Both the position numbers and the translations under genes were made by a program. Below are positions 22,382 to 34,100 of a stretch of 54,354 nt of DNA, one piece after another. Where the stretch lies: contig NW_003526941.1 of assembly GCF_000181795.1 (NCBI RefSeq), positions 9,802,605-9,856,958 of the forward strand, given 5' to 3'. Each line of letters opens with the position of its first letter. The first letter of the stretch is position 1. Source of the DNA: Trichinella spiralis (lineage: Eukaryota). The notes under the pieces are model-generated. The model searched no databases. It was not told the origin of the DNA and worked only from the letters and a program-made list of their open reading frames with translations.

Positions 22382-25300
22382 TCATTCTGCATTGAAAGAT
22401 ATAAAAACAAATAGAACAGCAGCGGGATCTTCTTGTCTGTAAAATCCTGTTTTCAGATGAATATAACTGTAACCTTAAAACAATAACTTTATCGTAAATA
22501 AATAAATAAATAAATATATATATATATATATAGAATTATATATACCAGGTCTTATACTGTTCACAGGAATTGTACATTGGCCAATGAAGTCATCTTTTGC
22601 TCTTAAATTATAGTCTTTGATGCAAAATCTGAGAAAAGCTGAATCAGCATAGCGCAAATCAATTCGAAATGATTCATTCCAGCATGGATTGAAACCTGTC
22701 ATAAAGTAATGTGTTCAATCAAATAAACAATCATTTGACGTTACCATTGTTTCGAATCACTGCTGTTCTGTATTTCACTCTATCTGAAGGCATGCCAAAA
22801 GTTTCAACTTTGACATACGGATCAATTACATCTTCTTTATTTGTAGTGGTTGACGGCTTGGGTAAAAAATTAGCAGAAAGTATCTGAAATGTGAATTATT
22901 TGACGTTGATTTCATATTCGATTTTTTTTTCATATAAAAAACAATAATCCATACACGAACAATCATCTTTTTCACCTGCTGCTCAGTGGAAGATTCTAAA
23001 AAAATTATTCAACAGTTTTAATATATCAAATGTAATAGGAATAAGATTGATTTGAACCTTTATTTTGCAAACAGTCTGGTTTCAATACGTAGCCACAGTT
23101 TCCATTAATTGAAAACATAGCTGTGTTCAAATCATTTGCCAAATCAGCGGTCTGAACATTCAAACAAACTAAAAGTAAAATCTATCCGAATATTATTATT
23201 TTATTCTTAATAAAAAATAGAAAAAAAATTTAAGTGACCAGATTGAATTCCAGCAAGCCAGTAAACTACTGGATTCATGTTTGTGGACGATGTGCGTGTT
23301 CCTCTTGGGTAGCATTTCACCAAATGTTGAGAAGTATACTTCACCATAGCAGGTTGATTTTCTTCAACCATTGCAATCAGTTGATCTTCCGATTTGCTAG
23401 CCATACTGTTTACTGGATCTTAAATGATCAAATAAATAATTAAAGAAAACAATAAAATAAACAAACTACTGACGTCTTTCTAAATCCACCAATGGATTGA
23501 CCAGTTTAGCCGAAACAATTGCAATTAGAGCTGCTAATTCTTTTGCAAGACCACCTTTACCCTAGATTTGAAAGAAAAAAAATTTTTTTTATTTGTAATA
23601 TACGACAAGTTTCAAACTTTTAAAAGTATTTTATTCTTCAATTCTTCCGGTGATGGCAGTGTTTTCAAATGAGCAACATTTTTATGAAGTTTCTTGCCGA
23701 ATGTTTTCACCAACATATCTGCCAAGATTGCTTGTTTTCGAACATCGCAGTGAATTTCCAAAGATAATATAATTGGATAACTAAACGAAAAATAAGAAAA
23801 AGAAAAATGATTTAATCAATGCTGAAATAGAATAAAAATAATTATGAATACGGTGTAGTAGAAAAGCCATAATTGTTGATCGCTTTCAATACAACACTGA
23901 GCGATACAGGCTTGACCAAGGTGTGACCATGCGTAACTTGCAGATCATTTTCACCAGGCCAAATGTCTACTGTTGAAAGTGAAAATTTATTTTTCACAAA
24001 AAATTAAAAAAAAAATAAACAAACGTACATTCCAACAGCCGAGCTCCTTTCTTCAAAGCTAAAATGTACCCTTCAATTGTTGCGTCGCCCATCAATTGAT
24101 GACCACAGAGATAGCTGAAAATTTGAATAAATTATTTCACCGTTGATTTATTTGTTTGCTGGAAATTGAATTATTACGTATTGTGCGTTGAATAGATGTA
24201 ATAATTTGTCAACGGCTGTTCCATATTTTGATAGATAACTTTGTGTTCAGGTTTGACAATATTGCCAGCTTCGGAAAGTAACAATCGACGCAAACCTGGA
24301 TAAAAAAATTGAATTATAATTTTTCTAAATAAATTATAATTTTTAATAATACCGTGGAAAGAAAGTTTAAGCGATTTTTGATTTTCTGGTTCCGGCTCGT
24401 AACGTCTAATCAATTGCCGGCAGTGTGACAATGTGATTGCAGATAACTGAAATGAAAATTGAATGAATGAATGAATGAAATTTGAAATTGTGAAAAATGT
24501 TTTACTTGTTGAATATTGGTGAGAAAATTTTTCAAATCTTCAACGGTGAAAAATTCCTCGTGAAATTCGGACAATCTTGAAAAAATTTTCAATCGACATA
24601 ATAATTAAAATTATTTTTTCATTAAACAAACAATCAAACAAACATACTGACGGATTATGTCCCTCAAATCTGGACGATCAGTTAAGAAACGAAAAAAGTG
24701 ATGAAATTCGTCAAAATCCAATGCATCCGCTGATGGACCTTCTTTTCGAAAATCACTCTTCTAACAATGTGGAAAAATTAAATTATGAAAGGGAAAAAAA
24801 ATTATAAATCAAATAAAATTGCTGCAAACTTCGAAAGTCTTCCTGGCAATTTGCTTGTCCAATTCTAAATTTAATGAAAGCAACAAATTCCACGTTTCTT
24901 CGAATGTTAAATAGCCATTTCGATTTTTGTCCGCCTTCTTGAATTGTCGTCTAAGCCACGTAAAAAGGGCCAAAGAGAAAAAAGAGTTAAGCGAATTGAT
25001 TCAATCAGTCAATTAACTAGTTATTCATTTTTGTACACATCATCATTAAAGATATGAATAATAATTAATGTCAAATTAATGTGAATAATAAAATGAGAAA
25101 GGATATTTCAATTCACACAAGTCTGCATGTTCTTCTTTGAGCTTCTCAATTGCTTCGGTGAGAAAATGTACCCAATTTTGCCTGGTTTGTGCATCTTCGC
25201 AGATTAAGTTCAACGATTTGAAATGACGAATCGGATGGCGAAAAATAATGGAAAAACATGCACTTTCCTTTACAGATTTCACAACAATAATTTTCAACTG

Positions 25301-26155
25301 TACATGTGAAAAAAAAAGAAATTTACATTCACTTTGGTGACAAAAGTTTTGCTTTTCATTGCTTTGTGAAAAACATCCGTATTCCAGCCAGATCTCACTT
25401 CCAATGCTTTGTTGAGCGATGCTAAAATGTTCGGATGTAGAATGATATTTGTTGTTGTTTAATGTCCAATTCAATTTTAATCAGTCTCCATTTCTCCCAA
25501 TCATATGTATACATGTATGATTTTTTTAATATCATTTCTTGATTAAAAAATTCTTAATTTTACATTTAAGAAATTCACATTATTGAAGTAACACATTTGG
25601 AAATTCTATAATTGCCTTTTTTGCAGCCTTTGCCATTTCAAATAATATCATTCATTGATCGATTGATCAATTTCACCTTTGAAAGTAGGCCGTAAAGTGA
25701 TGCTACTGCTGGTTGATCAAATGAACAACTGCAGTGAAAATGTTTCACCATTTGTTGCTTTATGTTTCAAAAATGAACAACGATATAAAAAACAAAAGAG
25801 AAGAATCGCCATTAAGCAATAATTTACTGTATCACAAAATCCTCCCTCCCTCTCCCCCAAAAAATATCTGAAAATTTTAAAATAAAAATTAATTTATCAT
25901 CTCTTGATTGGTTGAGTGAAAGGAAGCTTTAAACCGACCGCAAAATATTTTTCCCAACAATAAACGTATAAATACAAGCAAAATTCACTTACCTGTCTTC
26001 GATGTTTTAAAGCAAGCATTATCAAAATAAATGATGTGACGCTGGTCAGCAGCCAATTTTAAAATCAAAGGACTAGACGCAACAAGGCCGTTGTTTTTCA
26101 CACGGCGCATGGTGGTTTCAACATTGACCAAGTCAGTGTTCGTTTGTCTGTCCAT
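22382..26155 (-). CDS. Phosphoinositide-specific phospholipase C, delta-like architecture (PH, EF-hand, X, Y, C2); about 18 exons
   Basis: PH ([27 protein letters not shown]); EF-hand ([21 protein letters not shown]); X box ([50 protein letters not shown]); Y box ([21 protein letters not shown]); C2 ([32 protein letters not shown]). ATG at 26155, TGA ending at 22382. Confidence 0.95.
24960..25106 (-). other. U12-type (minor spliceosome) AT-AC intron in the PLC gene, 147 nt, phase 2
   Basis: 5' end ATATCCTTTCTC, branch-like TTCGCTTAAC (24995-24986), 3' end TTTTTAC. Removing it gives in-frame [20 protein letters not shown] found no GT-AG alternative that keeps this junction. Confidence 0.9.
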
Positions 26156-26929
26156 TTCTGCAAAACAATAAAATATGCAATCAAGATTTCATCTTCAGAA
26201 AATATTCCTATTTTCATCCATTGCAAAATTTCATTCCTCTACATTCGAATGCAATCATTTGTGCCACATTCCTGAAATTCTTTCTCACTGTAGAGTAAAA
26301 GCAAACAAGTACTTTTTTTGTACAGTACGAAGTTAAAAAAAATATAAATATCATTAAGAAACTTTTTATTTGTTCAATGTTTATTTCAATTATGATACTT
26401 TCGTACAATTTTGTGCATATGATATAAGAAATGAAATTGCTCACAAATTTCCTTTATATAACATGTGCAAGCAGAGCAGGTCGTTCAGTAGAAAAAATTT
26501 CCAAAGCAACCAGTTGTAGACGAATGCTAATTTTCAAATGCTTCGCTATTCTTATACTAACATAATTACAATTTTGTTTATTAATGTTATACATTTATAA
26601 ATTAATTTCTAATATTTATTTACGATTTTTATATGTTCAATAAGAAGTAAGCCATTTATTGGCGCTCTTGTTAACTTGGCACTTTATTTTTTTTATTGTA
26701 GAAATGTACTGTAATTTGAAATGCTATATCTATTTCATTCATTTAATTTATTTTTATTTAAGCTTTATTGATTTTTCCAGTTTTAAATACTAATCACTGA
26801 GCCTCAGTTTATTATAATACTTTAATATGTTTTACTGTATCGCATTTTATAACAAACTTATAGGCTGCTAATTTGCTGTAAATTTTGTTATTGATTTAAG
26901 ATTCTATACAGTTGTATCTGGTTTAAGAA

Positions 26930-27673
26930 ATGGACAAGGGAAAGAAACCAACTGGTAGTAGCGATGAAGTTTTGAATACTCCTGCTGACACGGCAACAGC
27001 CGGCAAACCATTGAAAATTGTCAGCTCTAGTAGTGGTCACGGACCCAAGAAAAGCTACGGACCGTGGGAATTGTCTTTTACAGATGCACCGAATCCGTTC
27101 TTCTATCGTCCTCCGGAAAGTTCATCCGATGCACCGTCGCACATCCCGTCAAATCCTATGAATTTGGAATTGCATATGAAAGATGAACGGAGCAGAGTTG
27201 TTGGTCTGACACCAGAAGAAATTGAATGGCGTAAAAAGTGGGTTCTGGATCAGAAATTGCATCCAGACGAGCCAGTGTATGTTGAAAGCGCTGTGATGCA
27301 TTTGAATCCAATTCGTCGTTTGTATCGTTATCCGTGGGATTCATTGGAACGAAAAGTTTTGATACCGGCATTAGGTTTGAAGAAGGGTCATTTTGTTCGC
27401 ATTGTAGTGCCGAAATTTTTTATCGGAATGCTGGCGACTCTTTGCATTTATTATCACGTAAAATACAATAAGCCTAACTGGATGAATAGAATACGTTCTT
27501 ATCATCATTTTCCACGAAGCTTTATTCGTAATCAAGATTTAATTGAACGCGACTATCCTGGATTATTGGACAAAGCATTTCCAATTCCAAAAGAACCTAA
27601 AGATTTCTATGATTTAAATTTCAGTCGACGTGTAACGCATCTTGATGTTGGTCCTCCAACTCGTCCTTGGTAG
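26930..27673 (+). CDS. NDUFB6: NADH:ubiquinone oxidoreductase 1 beta subcomplex subunit 6 (B17), intronless, 247 aa
   Basis: Motif DERSRVVGLTPEEIEWRKKWVLDQKLHPDEPV, LNPIRRLYRYPWD, and a single TM followed by YYHVKYNKPNW, as in NDUFB6 family members. Confidence 0.88.
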   Translation: MDKGKKPTGSSDEVLNTPADTATAGKPLKIVSSSSGHGPKKSYGPWELSFTDAPNPFFYRPPESSSDAPSHIPSNPMNLELHMKDERSRVVGLTPEEIEWRKKWVLDQKLHPDEPVYVESAVMHLNPIRRLYRYPWDSLERKVLIPALGLKKGHFVRIVVPKFFIGMLATLCIYYHVKYNKPNWMNRIRSYHHFPRSFIRNQDLIERDYPGLLDKAFPIPKEPKDFYDLNFSRRVTHLDVGPPTRPW

Positions 27674-28002
27674 AGAATTGTTCCATTCATCAGCATAGTA
27701 TTGCGATTGTATTCGAAATTATTTTTTATTCAAATGATGTGATGCATGGGAAATAAATTTGTTTTCTTTTCTTGAATGATTTGTTTTTTTTTGACTAACT
27801 GATTTGAAATAGCAGCGTTTGTTATCTTTTATTGAATATGTTGCCGTTTTTATTTTTTACTTATATTATAAACAATATTTATATTTAAATTTCCCACTCA
27901 GTAGGGTGTATTATTGCTTGTTTGAATTTTTGTATTTTTGTTGAATTTATTGTAGTTGAATATATTCCCGCAGTTTGTACTGACGATAAGAAAAAAGCGA
28001 TT

Positions 28003-31000
28003 ATGAAAGTAATATAAAATGAAGAAGAAATTTTTGATTATTTTTTCAAGTTTAATTTTTCAAATGATAATCTCTTATCTAGGAAGCTGTTGCAATTTGT
28101 GTTGATATTGGGCCTGGAATGAGGGAACGTACTGTTGCAAAGGGACGCTGTCTTCTTGGAACCGTTTTACGATGTGTTCAGTGGATTGTCCAAAGGCGGG
28201 TAAGGTGGGGGGGGGAGGGAATTTTTTTATTTTTTATTTTTGAGAACGTGTCTTGATTGCGTGGATATTTTAAGATATTTTCTGAATCGAAAGACGAACT
28301 GGCGTTAATTTTGTACAATACTGCCGACTCGAAAAATCCTCTTAGTGACATTGACAAGAATAAATACAGTAATATTAGTTTAATGAACAATTTCCAAGTT
28401 TCGTCGTGGGAATTATTTTCTTCGTTGAATTCAATAGAAACAACATCGCCTGCTTTGCATTCTATAGATTGTATGTTTATTTGAATTATTTTCCAATATT
28501 TGTATATAAGTAATGTAATAAATTTTTATTTTTTTCAAGTTTTGAAAGTATTGCAAGTTTGCATTCATTGTATTGATGAAAAAACGTTAAATGAAAAATT
28601 TCAACAAAAGTCGATTGTTTTATTTTCAAGTTTTGATGCAAATATCATCATCAACAAAGATGACATGGATAATGTTACGAAAGCGATCAAACAGCACCAA
28701 TTGGAGCTGGCATTTATGTGTTTTCTTTTTTTTCTTTTTAAATTCAATAATATTTGATTAATTATTTCTTTTTTTTTAAATAGATCATGCAACAATGATT
28801 TATGTGCCAGTAATGTGGAAGAAGATAATTATCCAAAGGCGTGGAAATATGCGAAAGAATTTATCACTGCTGTGGATGGAATTTATTGCAATTTGAAGTA
28901 AATGTTTTAGCAGTTGAATTTTAATTTTTTGTTTTTGAAAATTGATTGAATAAATTTTAATAAAAATATACACACTGATTTGATAGCGATGCTTTGAATA
29001 TGCTCGGCTCTTTTCAAAGACGTTCCATTAGAAGTGTTCCTTGGAAGTGTAATCTTGAATTTGGTACAATATTGCAAATACCGATTTGCATGTATTTGAA
29101 GGTGAATTGAAGATAATTGAAGAAGTTGAAAATTTTATTTTTGAAAAAAATTTTTTGTATTCAGTGCAAATGTTACAAACTTAATCAAAGTTGGAAATGG
29201 GCATTTGCTGAAAATCCTTATGTCGATGTGAAATTGGAACGTGCTTATGTAAGATCATGGGATGACGAAGATGAATTATTATTATTATCGAATGAAGAAA
29301 TTATTTCTTCGACCGCTTCGAAAATTTGGTCTGGCGTTGAAGTGGATTCAAGTTATCTTGTTAAAGGTTTTTGAATTTAAAAAGAAAAGAGAGAGAGAGA
29401 GAGAGAACTTGAATGTCATGTGTCATATTATTAATTGATTAATTAAATTTTGTTTGTTTGTTTTATTATTTAGCATTTCGTTTTGGTAGTTCAGTAGTGC
29501 CTCTTAATAAATTTGACTTGAATGAAGCGAAATATAAAGATCGTGAAAAGTGTTTCAAAGTTTTGGGCTTTTTCGATCGCTGCATGGTATAAAATAAATA
29601 TTGTTTATTGCTTGGTATTGTTGGTGGAAATAAATTTTTCATTTTTCAGGTAAAGCAGTGGCATTTTGCTGGAGATGGTACGCATTTTGTTTTTGGAGAT
29701 CCGAAAAGTGCCACAGCTTGTCAAGCATTTTCAGCTTTGATACATTCTTGCAAATCCAATTCCAAAGTTATACTTGTACGTTATGCATACAATGTGGCGT
29801 CGAATCCGAAAATTGGTGTCTTGATTCCCCTTTTAAAGGATACCTATGAAGTAGAGTTTATTTTTTATTTGAAGGATATTTAATTATGATTTTCTTTTTC
29901 AGTGCTTTGTATTTGTAATTCTTCCATTTGAAGAAGATTTGATTATTGTCGATCAAAAGTCAATAGGCGAATTTGAAAAATGCCACGTCACTGATGAACA
30001 ACTCGAAGCTGTTGACAAGCTTATCGATGCCATGAATATGACTGATTTATCATCATCAGCTAGTAGTAGTGGTGATGGAATTTTCAAATGGTCAAAAGTG
30101 AAAAATCCTTATTATCAGAATTTATTTCGAGTAAATTTTCTCTTGTAAAATATCTCTATTTGTAAAATGTGCTCATGATTATATTATGTGAATCTAGTGT
30201 ATGACTTTTCGTGCTTTACAACCGAAAGAAAAATTACCATTTTTGAGAGATGATTTATTGGAAGATGTACAACCAAACGTAGCGTTGTTGGATAATGCTA
30301 AGAATGCATTTGATCTGATGAGAAAGAATTTCATTTTGGAAAAAGTTGAAAATGCCAAAGGGAAACGTACAGCAGCGGAAGTGTTCAAAAACGAGTCAAT
30401 TTTTCAGCATTTTAATTTTATTTAATTTTAATAATTGAATTTTATTTTAGGCTTTGTGACGCATTTCCAGCAAAAGTTGCTTCTTTTCATGCAATTGATG
30501 AGAAAATTGTTACAATGAAAATTGGCACTGTAAACCCTGTTCAAGATTTTATTGAAATCTCTTCTCAAATTGGAAAAAATCAAATTTCTGAAGGCAAAAA
30601 ATTTGTGTATTTGTTTATTTTCATAATAATTTTTATTCTGTTTGTTTGTTCAGTTTGCGAACAAATGAAAAATGTGATATTGACTTTTGTTCAAGAATCC
30701 AATGATGATGTTTTTTACGATAAAGCGTTGCATTGTTGCGCTGTACTGCGTCCAGTTTGCATTAAAGTGACTTTCATATGTTTACACAATATACGGTAGA
30801 GGAGAATTTTGAAAAACAATTAATTTCAATTTTTTTTCCAGCAATCTTTGCCTGATTTGTACAATACAATTTTGAGACAGGCGAAATGTGAACTCGTGCT
30901 TGGAAAGCAAAAAAATTTTTGGTTGCTTTTGAAAAATAAGAAAGGTCTTTATTTTTGCTTTGCATTGCTGAGCTTTATGATTTAGGAAATTTTTAATCAT

Positions 31001-31195
31001 AATAATAATAATAATTAGTTTCCTTTTTTTGCTCATACAGATTCTCTTGGTTTGATAACTGTTGATGAATGCCAGAGCAGTAGCATTTCACAAGAAGATG
31101 CTGTGAGCTTTTATTCTGAAGAAGTATCTGATGAAATTATGAAAAATAATCCACAACTTCCGGATTCAACCGATTTGATAGATGAATTGGAATAA
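28003..31195 (+). CDS. cku-80: Ku80 (XRCC5) NHEJ DNA end-binding subunit, about 15 exons, with vWA, core and C-terminal PK-binding domains
   Basis: [111 protein letters not shown]; ends DLIDELE*. Confidence 0.95.
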
Positions 31196-34100
31196 GTATT
31201 TATCAATTTCTTTATTACTAAAAGTATATACAATCTCAAAGTTAACATCCATTAGTGCAGTAAGTGGATATTGAAATGGAAATATAGATATGTATATATG
31301 TGTGTGTGTATATTTGTTGCTTTTTTCAGGTTCTAAGCTTTTGGGAATTGCGTGTCAATCATGCTTTTCAATGAGACCATTGCTTAATTGTGAATTAGAA
31401 TTGATTTTGATCTCTTCAAAATTTCTAAGCAGATGGTGCATGGTAGTTGTCAAAGCTTGGATATTTTCCGGCTGATCAGTTTTGAAAAAAAGTTACGCAA
31501 ATCGGATATTGTATTTGTTCAGTGAAGTTGAATTCAATAAATTGTGTGGTTCGTTATCCGTTGCTTGTTCCATCGTTGCTGAAGTGTACTCTTTTATATT
31601 CACCTTACAATTTTATGGTACAACATCATTTTAAAGCCGATCATCATCTCATTTGTGCTTTCGCTTCTTCAGTGTTTTTTCCTTGCCCACGTTTTATTCT
31701 CGTCTCTTGTGAAATTTACAGTTTCAATTGAAATGTCAGTTACAATTTCTGCTAATTGAATACATTTCTTTTGAGGTTTGTTTCATGTATTTTTTTTGGA
31801 TATGTGCATTGTGCATTAATATTAGCAGTAGTGTACACGAAGCCACGGACATACAAGATGAATAAACGTGAACAATATTTTACACAATTAAATTTTAAAT
31901 AGAATGATAATTTTTATTTTTCTTTTTAAGCTTCCATCATCATTTACAACTTTTATCACTAGATTATTATTTGCAAGTTGATTTATTTCTCTTATTACTT
32001 ATTTATATTTTATTCTTCAGAAAATTTATTGCTATTTTTTCAGGCTTTCACTCTTTTTTAAAATTGTATATTTTATTTGAAAACAATTATGAATAGTAAT
32101 AATTTTATTTTGCTCGATTTTTGAAAGTTGGAAATTTTGATTGTTGCGCTTGTTCAACAATTTATGCTTAATTTAATCATTTTTTTGGGTAATTATTATG
32201 ATGCTAGTAGAAGTTAGCCACCGCAGCAGCTATTATTTCTTTGAAGAATAAATCTTTTGAATTTGCAAAAGTCGACTCGTCAAAATTATTGCTTGCAATT
32301 AAACGAGCACCTTTGAAGTTTCATTAGCCAAGGCGGCGCCTTTGAAGCACAAGCATGCTCTTCTAAATTCACACGTGCTATCAGAAGAGATTTCAACTTT
32401 GTTCTTAGCATATATATATATATATATATGTTTCTACCCGGCCGTACTGCTGAATTTTGTTTGTTGTCTGTCTTTCTTTCATCATTTTGATAAGTAGATT
32501 TTATTTTTATCTGCATCTGATGAAGAGAAGCAGTTGTTTTTGACCAATCTTTTTTTGTTGCTGATATTTATATTTTTGTTATTGTGTAATGCTGACTAAA
32601 TTTTATGTTTTAATTTACGAATTGTGGATATTGTAATTGGGCGTGGTTTGATCGATTGGCATGCATTTTATATTTATGATATAGTAGTAAGTTGTTGTAG
32701 AGAGAAATAATTTCTCACAACATGGGCGTGCCCAACTTTTTCTTCATTATTTGTTGTGCTTTTTCCTTGTGCTTACAGTTCATCTATCGACTATTCTTTT
32801 TTTTTGATCTTTTATTTGTTTTTTTTACTTAGTGTTGTGAAAGAACAGTTTGAAACATCATTTGCATATTCTTTGCACAAGACAAATCGTATATTTTGTT
32901 CCAACATTCAAAACAAGCAGCAGAAGGCTGGCTTATTGTTGTTATATATAATTTTTTTTCTCGATTTGTTATTTTTTTCATTTATTGTCAATGTTGCATT
33001 AGTTGAAGAAAAAAAAATTTTTTTAATTTACTTTAACGTGGATAAAGAATATGAAATTCCAGGTAGTGTTGTTTTTCAAGCATATTTTGCTTGTAGATTT
33101 TGATCAGTGGAAGAACATTTTATTAGTATAATAGAATTCAATTTTTACGGATGATCTTTTCAATTTTTTTAGCAAAATGCTTTTAACAAGTATAATGAAC
33201 AAATATTTAGTTCAAAGGTGAAAAAAAAATTAATAAATAATACGCATCAGGAAAATGCTTTTATTTTCTAATACTCTGTGTGTTGGAGAGTTTTTTTAAC
33301 TTGTACATTCTGCATGAAATTATTTTATTGTCTGCTTTAGATGCATGAAAAGAAAAGAAAAACGATAAATATGATGCTGTGATATTGTTGCATGCGGGCT
33401 GGATGTTGTGTATAGTTGGTAAAAAATCGATTGATTGACCATGATTAGTGTTGTGATACAGGACTTGGGACGCTCGGTTGCTTCAGCGGCAGTAATAATA
33501 ATGATAACAGCAAATACGATTGCATGGATGCACTGCCTGTAAGTTGCTTTTGATGATAATTACTTTGATGGAGAAAATTGTTCCATTTGCTGCTGCTTCT
33601 TCTTTAGTCGTTATTGCGTTGTCATCGTCAGTCGTTTGTTTTGAATCAATGGCAGAAATTTTAAAGTTGTTTGTAAGAAAAAAATTTTTTTTTCACTTTC
33701 TGTTGTCGACATTATTCATCCATTTTTCATATATTGTGTACATTTTAAATAATAATTATTTGGTGCGTATTGTCTGTTTTTATGCTTATTTTATTATTAT
33801 TACAGTAATAATTAATCAGATGATGATCATAATTATTTGGAAAAGTGATTGTTGAAAATGTTGCGCGTTGTATTTTCACCATTAATTAGATGGATGGATG
33901 CAAGATAAAGCGAGATAGTAGTCGGTAAGGTACATTAAATTGTCGGAATAATTATTTTCTGTTGAATGGATAGTATTTATGTATGCGTGGGCGAGATGGG
34001 TGGGGAACCTTCTGGCGTTGGTTGTTTGCGTCGGATGGACGGGCATTCACAGCCGTCGATCAGCGTCCCTGTTCCCACTTGGTCATCGATTATTCATCAA

